DNA of 39,146 nucleotides, from the NCBI GenBank assembly GCA_036257875.1, contig DATAEV010000043.1:1-39146 (forward strand). Reading direction: 5' to 3'. The notes beneath the pieces were generated by a model. That model had not been told where the DNA came from. It searched no databases and saw only the letters and a list, made by a program, of their open reading frames with translations. The position numbers and the translations under genes are program-made. Of this stretch, positions 31,512 to 39,146 are shown one piece after another (position 1 is the stretch's first letter; every line of letters begins with the position of its first letter). Source of the DNA: Actinomycetota bacterium. Its GTDB lineage: Bacteria; Actinomycetota; UBA4738; HRBIN12.

Positions 31512-31763
31512 ATGACCGAACGTGCAGAGATCGAGACCCGGGTGAAGAAGGTGCTCGCCGAGCAGCTCGCGGTGGACGAGGCGCAAGTCGTCCCCGACGC
31601 CCGGTTCCAGGAGGATCTGAACGCCGATTCTCTCGACCTCGTCGAGGCCGTGCTCGCGCTCGAAGAGGAGTGGAGCATCGAGATCCCCGAGGATGAGATG
31701 GAGTCCGTGAAAACGGTCGGTCAGGCGGTCGACCTCGTCGCGACCAAGCTCGGCGTCAGCTGA
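31512..31763 (+). CDS. acpP: Acyl carrier protein
   Basis: Tail of track ORF 30537..31763, starting at the ATG after an AGGAGGA SD. LNADSLDLVEAV carries the phosphopantetheine Ser motif. Confidence 0.93.
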   Translation: MTERAEIETRVKKVLAEQLAVDEAQVVPDARFQEDLNADSLDLVEAVLALEEEWSIEIPEDEMESVKTVGQAVDLVATKLGVS

Positions 31764-31783
31764 GCGCGGAGGCGCACGGAGCC

Positions 31784-33022
31784 ATGAGCCAACGCCCGCG
31801 GGTCGTCGTCACCGGGATCGGCGCCGTCACGCCGATCGGGACCGGCGTGGACGACTTCTGGGAAGGGATGACCTCGGGCCGGAACGGGGTCCGCCGGATC
31901 ACCCAGTTCCCATCGGAAGACCTGTCGGTCAAGGTCGCGGGCGAGGTCGATGGGTTCGACCCGTCCGCGTACCTGGAGACGAAGGAAGCTCGCCGCACGG
32001 ACCGGTACGTCCAGTTCGCGCTGGCATCGGCTTCGCTCGCGTGGGCGGACGCGGCGACGCCGGAGATCGTGTCCGAGCGTGGCGGCTGTATCTTCGGGAC
32101 CGGTATCGGCGGGATCCAGACGTTGCTCACCCAGCACTCGGTGCTGCTCGAGAAGGGACCCGGGCGGGTGTCGCCTTTCATGGTCCCGATGCTCATGGCG
32201 AACGCCGCCGCCGGACATATCGCGATGCGATACGGACTCACGGGCCACAACATGGCCACGCTCTCCGCGTGCGCGTCGTCGAACACCGCGATCGGCGAGG
32301 GGATGCGTCTGATCCGCGATGGATACCTCGACCTGTGCGTGGTCGGCGGCTCGGAGGCCGCGACGGTCCCGCTGACCGTTGCCGCGTTCGCCCAGATGAC
32401 CGCGCTGACGAAGAACCCCGATCCCGAGACCGCCTCGCGGCCCTTCGACGCCGCCCGCAGCGGGTTCGTGCTCTCGGAAGGCGCGGCGACGTTGATCCTC
32501 GAATCCGAGGAGCACGCGAAGGCCCGGGGCGTGCGGGTCTACTGCGAAGTGGCCGGATACGGCGCATCGGACGACGCGTACCACATCACCGCCCCGGACC
32601 CCAAGGGGGGCGGCGCGACGCTCGCGATGCGCTGGGCGCTCCGCGACGCCGGCGCGCGACCCGAAGACGTCTCGTACGTCAACGCCCACGGAACGTCCAC
32701 GCCGCTCAACGACGCCGCGGAGACGGTGGCGATCAAGGCGGCGCTCGGCGAGGACGTCGCCCATCGTGTGGCCGTGTCATCGACGAAGTCGATGACCGGC
32801 CACATGCTCGGCGCCGCAGGCGCCGTCGAAGGGGCGGCCTGCGCGCTCGCGATCACGAACGGGATCGTTCCCCCGACGATCCACTACGAGACACCGGATC
32901 CCGACTGCGACCTGGACGTCGTCCCGAACGAGGCACGGGCGATGGACGTGACGCTCGCGCTTTCGAACTCCTTCGGGTTCGGCGGTCAGAACGCCTGCGT
33001 CGCGTTCCGCGCGCTGAGCTGA
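31784..33022 (+). CDS. fabF: 3-oxoacyl-ACP synthase II
   Basis: LSACASSN (active Cys), NAHGTSTP, GHMLGAAG and NSFGFGGQN. Confidence 0.93.
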   Translation: MSQRPRVVVTGIGAVTPIGTGVDDFWEGMTSGRNGVRRITQFPSEDLSVKVAGEVDGFDPSAYLETKEARRTDRYVQFALASASLAWADAATPEIVSERGGCIFGTGIGGIQTLLTQHSVLLEKGPGRVSPFMVPMLMANAAAGHIAMRYGLTGHNMATLSACASSNTAIGEGMRLIRDGYLDLCVVGGSEAATVPLTVAAFAQMTALTKNPDPETASRPFDAARSGFVLSEGAATLILESEEHAKARGVRVYCEVAGYGASDDAYHITAPDPKGGGATLAMRWALRDAGARPEDVSYVNAHGTSTPLNDAAETVAIKAALGEDVAHRVAVSSTKSMTGHMLGAAGAVEGAACALAITNGIVPPTIHYETPDPDCDLDVVPNEARAMDVTLALSNSFGFGGQNACVAFRALS

Positions 33023-34642
33023 TCAGCCGTCGAAGGAGCGTGTGAGGATCGCCCCGTTGTACTCCATCGTCTGTGCGCGGCCGTCGACCATGTCCAGGAA
33101 CCGAACCCGGCGCGGGAGCGCGGGGTCGCCGACGGCGAGCGACCCCTCAGGCAGCGGCGTCAACTCGGACTCGTCGCCGTCCGAGGGCCACGTCGCGAAC
33201 AGCCGCCCACGCCGTTCGTAGACCCTGATCGCCTTGACCCACGGCGCGTCCGAACGGTAGAGACCGGCGAAAGCATGCCAAGCGCTCGCGGACGGCTCCG
33301 CGTCGCGGGGGTCGCCCTCCCGGCCATACCACCGCGGACCGTGGCTCACGCCGCGCACCGCCCCCGCCGGGTCGCGCGCGAGGCGCAGCAGATGCCGCTC
33401 GAAGGCCGGATGCGGGACGGCGAAGGCGTCGACCTCTTCGGGCCACCGCTCGAGCCGCACGCGCAGCGGCCCGGATCGCAGCACGAGCCCGCCGTCGGCC
33501 GCCTCCAGCTCGATCGCGCGACCGCCGCTCACGAAGCGGCCGGCCATCGAGGCGGCGTCGGGAACCAGCTCGGGAGGCTCGGGGATCGGAGGGTCGGGAA
33601 GCGGTCGCGCCCGGAGCGCCGCGGACACGACGCTGAGCGCGTACGCCCCAAGCGCGTCGCGCATGCCGTATCCGTTCAGACAGATCGCCACCGCCAGATC
33701 GTCGTCCGGCCGGATCGCGAGGGACGTGTTGAACCCCAACGTCTCGCCGGCGTGCCGGATCGTCCGACGACCGTCGAGCTCGACGACGTTCCACCCGTAC
33801 CCGTAGCGCGCGCCCCGCTCCTCGGCATCCGCGTACGGGCCGATCCAGCGTTCGAAGCGATCGGGCTCGAGGAGGGCGCCCGAGGGACCCCGCCCACCGC
33901 CGAGCACGACGCGCGCGTACGCGCAGAGGTCCGCCACGGTCGAGACGATCGAGCCGTCCGCCACGTTCGACACCTGCCAGACGGCGGGCGCGAGCTGACT
34001 CTGGAGATGGGGCGGCCGGTCCGAGAGGAGCGGCTCGTACCCAACGGCGGCGTCGGCGCGATCCTCTTCGAGGATCGCCCCGACGGACCTGGTCATCCCG
34101 AGCGGCCCGAGGATCCGCTCGTTGAGAACCTCATGGACCGGCATCCCGGTGACGCGCTCGAGCACGTGCCCCGCCAGCTTGTAGCCGAGGTTCGAGTACG
34201 AGAAGCGCTCGCCGGGTGCGAAGGTCGGCGGGTGGGAGCGCGCGAGCAGCGCGTCGCCGACCCCCCACGGTCCGAGCTCGACGCCACTCATCAACCCGCT
34301 CGTATGCGTCATGAGGTGATGGAGCGTGATCGGACCGAACGGCTCGGGCAGCTCGAGCCACGGGAGGAGCGCGTTCACCGAGACGTCGAGCGCGATGGTC
34401 CCGTTCGCCTCTTCCTGCAGGATGCAGAGCGCCGCGAAGGACTTCGAGATCGAGCCGATCTGGAACCGCGTGTCGGGCCTGATCGGGCGACCCGATGCGA
34501 CGTCGGCGAAGCCGCGGACCACGGCGCCGAGGGTGTCGCTGCCGTCGGTGACCGCCAGCGCGAGCCCCGGCGCGTGCGTGTGCGGGAGATCGAGCTCCGC
34601 GGCGCGGCCGATCCGCTCGAACGCTTCCTCGAGTCCGGTCAC
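33023..34642 (-). CDS. Serine hydrolase of the beta-lactamase / class C esterase family with a C-terminal extension
   Basis: GSISKSF (SxxK), FSYSNLGY (YxN) and HAGETLGF. 539 aa, 11 nt downstream of ndk. Confidence 0.8.
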   Translation of the reverse strand: MTGLEEAFERIGRAAELDLPHTHAPGLALAVTDGSDTLGAVVRGFADVASGRPIRPDTRFQIGSISKSFAALCILQEEANGTIALDVSVNALLPWLELPEPFGPITLHHLMTHTSGLMSGVELGPWGVGDALLARSHPPTFAPGERFSYSNLGYKLAGHVLERVTGMPVHEVLNERILGPLGMTRSVGAILEEDRADAAVGYEPLLSDRPPHLQSQLAPAVWQVSNVADGSIVSTVADLCAYARVVLGGGRGPSGALLEPDRFERWIGPYADAEERGARYGYGWNVVELDGRRTIRHAGETLGFNTSLAIRPDDDLAVAICLNGYGMRDALGAYALSVVSAALRARPLPDPPIPEPPELVPDAASMAGRFVSGGRAIELEAADGGLVLRSGPLRVRLERWPEEVDAFAVPHPAFERHLLRLARDPAGAVRGVSHGPRWYGREGDPRDAEPSASAWHAFAGLYRSDAPWVKAIRVYERRGRLFATWPSDGDESELTPLPEGSLAVGDPALPRRVRFLDMVDGRAQTMEYNGAILTRSFDG

Positions 34643-34653
34643 CGGTTCGGGGA

Positions 34654-35061
34654 TCAGCCGTCGAAGAAGAGCTTCAGCTCCCGGGCCGCGGACTCCGGCG
34701 AGTCCGACCCGTGGACCATGTTCTCGCCGATCACGGTCGCGTAGTCGCCGCGGATCGAGCCGGGCGGAGCGTCCACCGGGTCCGTCGGGCCCATCAGCGT
34801 CCGCCAGCAGACGATCGCCTGCTCGCCCGAGAGCTTCCCGACCACGACCGGCCCACTCGTGATGAAGTCGACGAGCTCACCGAAGAACGGCTTGTCGCGG
34901 TGCTCGCCGTAGTGCTCCTCCGCCGTCGCGCGATCGATCACGCGGAGCTCGAGCGCGTCGATCGCGAGGCCCTTCGCCTCGACCCGTCGCAGGATCTCGC
35001 CGACGAGGCCGCGGCGAACGCCGTCCGGTTTCACGATCAGCAGGGTCGACTCGGTGGCCAT
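34654..35061 (-). CDS. ndk: Nucleoside diphosphate kinase
   Basis: [12 protein letters not shown], and NMVHGSDS (active-site His). Confidence 0.95.
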   Translation of the reverse strand: MATESTLLIVKPDGVRRGLVGEILRRVEAKGLAIDALELRVIDRATAEEHYGEHRDKPFFGELVDFITSGPVVVGKLSGEQAIVCWRTLMGPTDPVDAPPGSIRGDYATVIGENMVHGSDSPESAARELKLFFDG

Positions 35062-35084
35062 GGTCGCGTCAGTCTAGCGGGCGC

Positions 35085-36365
35085 TCAACGCGCGGCCAGC
35101 GCTCGCTTCGCGTCGGCGACCGTGAACAGCGACCCGGTCACGAGGACGACGTCGGCCGGATCGGCCGCGGCTCGCGCGGCGGCGAGTGCGTCGGCGACCG
35201 ACCGGAACCGCGCCGCGGGACGGCCCAGCGCGGCCGCGACGGCGTCGGGATCGGCGCTCCGCACGCTGTCGTTCCTGGCGACGTACGCCTCGTCGGCGAG
35301 CGGAGCGAGCGGCGCGCAGATCCCCGCGAGATCCTTGTTCGCGCTCACGGCGAGCACCAGGTGCAGACGCTGCCACCGGAAGGATTCGCGCATCGCCTCG
35401 GCGAGGGCCGCCGCTCCGGCCGGATTGTGCGCACCATCCAGGATCACCGACGGCTCGAGCGCCGCGATCTCGAGCCGCCCCGGGCTCTGCACGACGGCCA
35501 GCCCCTCGCGCAACGTGTCGTCGTGCAACGGCTGGCCGGTGAGCGCCTCGACCGCGACGATCCCGGCGGCCGCGTTGTGCACGGCGTAGTCACCGAACAG
35601 CGGCAGGTAGAGGTCCTCGTACGACGCGTGGAGCCCGCGGAGACGGAACGCCTGCCCGCCAACGGCGAGCAGGCGTTCCTCGACCTCCCAGTCCTCGCCC
35701 TCCCACCGGGGCGTGCTGCCGACCTCGGCAGCACGACCCGCCAGCACCGCCGCCGCGGCGGGTTCCTGTTCCCGGAACACCGCCGTGGCGCCCGGCTTGA
35801 GGATGCCCGCTTTCTCCCCCGCGATGTCCTCGAGCGTCGGCCCCAGCTCGGCGACGTGATCCATCCCGATCGGCGTGACGACCGCGATCTCGCCGTCCAC
35901 GAGGTTGGTCGCATCCCATGTTCCGCCCAACCCGACCTCGAAGACCCCGAGTCCGACGGGCTTGTCGGCGAACCAGAGGTACGCGAGGGCGGTGACGGCC
36001 TCGAAGTACGTCACCTCACCGAACCCGCGTCCGTCCACGAGCTGGAGGAACGGTTCGAGGTGCTGCCATTCCTGGGCGAACTCCGCCTCCGTGATGTCCT
36101 GCCCGCAGATCGACAGCCGCTCCGTGACCGACAAGAGGTGCGGCGACGTGTAGAGACCGACGGTGATCCCGTGCGCACATGCCACCGACGCCGCCACCCG
36201 GGCCGCCGTGGTCTTCCCGTTCGTCCCCGTGATGTGGATCGAGGGATACGTCAACTGCGGCTGGTCGAGCAGCCCAGCGATCTCGCGGATCCGGTCCAAC
36301 GTCGGACCCGGCATGTGCTCGGGCTGGCGCGCGTTGAGCCGGCTCACGGCGTCCGAGAACCGCAT
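35085..36365 (-). CDS. folC: Folylpolyglutamate synthase / dihydrofolate synthase
   Basis: Track ORF trimmed to ATG 36365, which overlaps the valS stop by 1 nt. HITGTNGKTT P-loop, Mur-ligase-like layout. Confidence 0.9.
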   Translation of the reverse strand: MRFSDAVSRLNARQPEHMPGPTLDRIREIAGLLDQPQLTYPSIHITGTNGKTTAARVAASVACAHGITVGLYTSPHLLSVTERLSICGQDITEAEFAQEWQHLEPFLQLVDGRGFGEVTYFEAVTALAYLWFADKPVGLGVFEVGLGGTWDATNLVDGEIAVVTPIGMDHVAELGPTLEDIAGEKAGILKPGATAVFREQEPAAAAVLAGRAAEVGSTPRWEGEDWEVEERLLAVGGQAFRLRGLHASYEDLYLPLFGDYAVHNAAAGIVAVEALTGQPLHDDTLREGLAVVQSPGRLEIAALEPSVILDGAHNPAGAAALAEAMRESFRWQRLHLVLAVSANKDLAGICAPLAPLADEAYVARNDSVRSADPDAVAAALGRPAARFRSVADALAAARAAADPADVVLVTGSLFTVADAKRALAAR

Positions 36366-38938
36366 CACGGTTCGTCGGTATCGAGCTCGACCTCGACCGA
36401 CGCCTCGTCCGACTCGATGGGCTCGATCTTCTCGACGTTCCCCGCCTCGCACAGGTCGGCCTCCGCGAGGGCGAGCTTCGCCAGACGTTCGCGCGTATCG
36501 CGCACGATCACGCGCCGCACGCGCGCCCGGAGGGAAAGCTTCGCGAGCGCCTTCGTCCTGCGCACCGCCGTCAAGACGTCGGCGGCGCTCTCATAGACCT
36601 CGGGATCGCCGCCCTCGGGGAGGTCCTCTGGCAGGGGCCACGGGCTCCGGTGGACGGAGCCTTCGCGCCACCAAGACCAGACCTCCTCGGTCGCGTACGG
36701 CAGGAACGGGGCGAACGCACGCAGCAGGACGTCCAGGGCGGTGCGCAGCGCCCCCACCGCCGATCCGGCCGCCTCCGCCCCTCGCACGCCGTACGCCCGC
36801 TGCTTGACGAGCTCGAGGTAGTCGTCGGTGAAGCCCCAGAAGAACCGTTCCGTGACCTCGAGCGCCTTCGCGTGCTCGTACGCGTCGAGCGCTTCGGTCG
36901 CGGCATCCACCGTCCGGCGGAGCGACGCGAGCATCGCGAGGTCGAGCGGGTCGGTGACGCTCGTGCTCTCGGCTTCCATCCCCAGCGTGAACTTCGACGC
37001 GTTCAAGACCTTGATCGCGAGCCGGCGTCCGTCCTTCATCTGCTTCTCGTCGAAGGCGGCGTCGATCCCGAGGCGTGCCCGCCCTGCCCAGTACCGGACG
37101 GCGTCGGCGGAATGTCGCTCGAAGACCTCGGTCGGCACGACCACGTTCCCCTTGGACTTCGACATCTTCTTGCGATCCGGGTCCAGGACGAACCCGCTGA
37201 TCGCCGCGTTCCACCACGGCAATGATCCGTGCTCGATCTCCGAACGGAAGACCGTGTAGAAGAGCCACGTCCGGATGATGTCGTGGGCCTGCGGCCGCAG
37301 GTCCATCGGGAACAGCCGCTCGAACAGGTCGGGGTCCTCCTCCCACTTCGCAGCGATCTGTGGCGTCAGCGAGGACGTCGCCCACGTGTCCATCACATCC
37401 GGATCCCCGGTGAAGCCGCCGGGGATGCCGCGCTGTTCCGCCGTGAACCCCGGGGGCAGGTCCTCCTGGGGATCGATCGGGAGCGAGCCTTCATCGGCGT
37501 AGAGCGGATCCTCGTAGCGAGGGAGCCCCTGTTCGTCGAGGCGATACCACACGGGGAAGGGGACGCCGAAGAAGCGCTGACGGCTGATGCACCAGTCCTG
37601 ATTCAGGTTCTCCACCCAGGAGCGGTAGCGAGCCCCCATGTGCGCGGGATGCCACGAGAGCTCCTCGCCGCGCGCGAGCAGCCGATCCTGGAAGCGAAGG
37701 ATGGGCACGAACCACTGCCGGCTGCTGATGATCTCGAGCGGTCGCTCCCCTTTCTCGTAGAACTTCACGGCGTGTCGGATCGGTTGGGGCTCACCGAGGA
37801 GCGAGCCCGCTTCTCGGAGCATCTCGACGGCTTCGGCGCGCGCTCGTTTGACCGTGCGTCCGGCGAGCCGTTCCATCGCAGCGTTCGCGGCATCGGGATC
37901 GCGGGACTCCCATCCCGGTCCGCCGAGGCTCCGAGGACCGATGGTGCCGTCCTTCTCGACCACGACGCGCAGGGGCAAGCCGAGCTCGCGCCACCACGTG
38001 ACGTCGTTGAGATCGCCGAACGTGCAGACCATCGCGATCCCGGTGCCCTTCTCCGGATCGGCGAGCTCGTGCGCGACCACGGGCACCGGCACGCGGAACA
38101 GCGGCGTTAGGACGGTCGTGCCCATGAGGGCGGCGTAGCGCGCGTCCCCCGGGTGCGCGACGAGCGCCACGCAGGCCGGGAGCAGCTCCGGCCGAGAGGT
38201 CTCGACCTCCACGGTCTCGCCGTCTTCGCGATCGAACGCGATGCGATGGTAGAGACCCGCTTGCTCGCGATCCTCGATCTCCGCCTGCGCGACCGCCGTG
38301 TTGAAGTTGACGTCCCACATCGTGGGAGCCTCAGCCGTGTACGCGACGTCCTTGGCCACGAGATGCAAGAACGCGCGCTGGGAGACGCGGCGCGACCGCT
38401 CACCGATCGTCGTGTAGGAGTGGTTCCAGTCGACCGACCAACCGGCCCGCCGGAACAGCTCCTCGAACGCCTTCTCATCCTCGACGGTGAGCCGGTCGCA
38501 GAGCTCGATGAAGTTCCGACGGCTGACCGCGACCGGCTCGGCCTCGTCCGGCCGCTCCAGGGCGGCGATATCGAACGCGGGATCGTACGGCAGCATGGGG
38601 TCGCATCGGACCCCGAAGTAGTTCTGCACGCGTCGCTCGGTCGCGAGGCCGTTGTCGTCCCAGCCGATCGGATAGAAGACCTCCTTGCCGCGCATCCGTT
38701 GATACCGAGCGATCAGGTCGGTGTGCGTGTACGACATCACGTGCCCGACGTGGAGGCTTCCGCTGACGGTGGGGGGCGGCGTGTCGATCGCGAAGATCTC
38801 CTCGCGCGTCTTCGACCGGTCGAAGCGGAAGATGCCGGCGGTCTCCCACCATTCCCCCCACTTCGCTTCCAGACCATCGAGCGACGGCTTCTCCGGGACC
38901 TCCATGCGCGCGAGTGTAGCGAGCGGTGGCTCGCTCAC
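36365..38938 (-). CDS. valS: Valine--tRNA ligase
   Basis: PPTVSGSLHVGHV (HIGH) and KMSKSKGN (KMSKS), with an editing-domain insertion. The start is GTG 38938 or ATG 38905 (MEVPEKPSLDGLEAKWGEWWE). Confidence 0.95.
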   Translation of the reverse strand: MSEPPLATLARMEVPEKPSLDGLEAKWGEWWETAGIFRFDRSKTREEIFAIDTPPPTVSGSLHVGHVMSYTHTDLIARYQRMRGKEVFYPIGWDDNGLATERRVQNYFGVRCDPMLPYDPAFDIAALERPDEAEPVAVSRRNFIELCDRLTVEDEKAFEELFRRAGWSVDWNHSYTTIGERSRRVSQRAFLHLVAKDVAYTAEAPTMWDVNFNTAVAQAEIEDREQAGLYHRIAFDREDGETVEVETSRPELLPACVALVAHPGDARYAALMGTTVLTPLFRVPVPVVAHELADPEKGTGIAMVCTFGDLNDVTWWRELGLPLRVVVEKDGTIGPRSLGGPGWESRDPDAANAAMERLAGRTVKRARAEAVEMLREAGSLLGEPQPIRHAVKFYEKGERPLEIISSRQWFVPILRFQDRLLARGEELSWHPAHMGARYRSWVENLNQDWCISRQRFFGVPFPVWYRLDEQGLPRYEDPLYADEGSLPIDPQEDLPPGFTAEQRGIPGGFTGDPDVMDTWATSSLTPQIAAKWEEDPDLFERLFPMDLRPQAHDIIRTWLFYTVFRSEIEHGSLPWWNAAISGFVLDPDRKKMSKSKGNVVVPTEVFERHSADAVRYWAGRARLGIDAAFDEKQMKDGRRLAIKVLNASKFTLGMEAESTSVTDPLDLAMLASLRRTVDAATEALDAYEHAKALEVTERFFWGFTDDYLELVKQRAYGVRGAEAAGSAVGALRTALDVLLRAFAPFLPYATEEVWSWWREGSVHRSPWPLPEDLPEGGDPEVYESAADVLTAVRRTKALAKLSLRARVRRVIVRDTRERLAKLALAEADLCEAGNVEKIEPIESDEASVEVELDTDEP

Positions 38939-38968
38939 CGGTGACGGGCGGCCGAACGCGATGGCGGG

Positions 38969-39146
38969 TCAGATGTAGGCGCGGCGCCGCAGGATCCGCA
39001 TCGCGACCACGCCCCAGATCGGCGGCAGGTAGAACGTCACGAGGCGGAACGCGATCGCCGTGGCGACCGCGGCGCTCTCGGGGATCCCGACCGCGACGAG
39101 TCCACCGCTGATCGCGGCTTCCATGACCCCGATCCCGCCCGGGATC
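38969..39146 (-). CDS. C-terminal end of a UPF0104 / LPG-synthase-TM (flippase-like) membrane protein; gene continues beyond the window end
   Basis: Own translation: IPGGIGVMEAAISGGLVAVGIPESAAVATAIAFRLVTFYLPPIWGVVAMRILRRRAYI, then a stop at 38969-38971. PGG(I/L)GV.E is the family hallmark. Confidence 0.6.
   Translation of the reverse strand, partial: IPGGIGVMEAAISGGLVAVGIPESAAVATAIAFRLVTFYLPPIWGVVAMRILRRRAYI

Noticed and set aside
1-39146. CRISPR arrays, rRNA genes, IS transposases, reverse transcriptases and toxin-antitoxin pairs
   Set aside because: No regularly spaced repeat array with more than three units was seen, and no recognisable rRNA segment, DDE/RT motif or paired small ORFs.

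Overview
GC-rich, Actinomycetota-like chromosomal segment; most codon third positions are G/C, and long shadow ORFs run antisense to nearly every real gene. From 14.2 to 39.1 kb lies a dense housekeeping block. On the minus strand it reads valS-folC-ndk-serine hydrolase, mreB-mreC-mreD-mrdA-rodA, rne-rplU-rpmA, obg-DinB-like and nadD-LCP-rsfS-tRNA-Ala. A plus-strand fabD-fabH-fabG-acpP-fabF operon and a REC-histidine-kinase hybrid are wedged in. The left third is accessory. It holds a truncated LamG-like secreted protein, small VOC and PPOX-like genes flanked by a repeated ~40-nt motif, two class III nucleotide cyclases with unusual N-terminal domains, small membrane proteins, a decayed ~0.9 kb stretch with a tRNA-Leu-like 3' fragment, sthA and a coiled-coil protein. 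The best candidate for something new is a compact element of about 4.6-4.9 kb next to tRNA-Ala (about 9.3-14.17 kb). It carries a tyrosine integrase, a Cys-rich 86-aa protein, two small proteins, a P-loop replication-type ATPase, iteron-like repeats, a translationally coupled SWIM / DUF4241-like / HNH trio and a small winged-helix protein. It has no structural or transfer genes, and I could not find its left att site. All family calls come from motifs I recognise in the translations; no database search was run.
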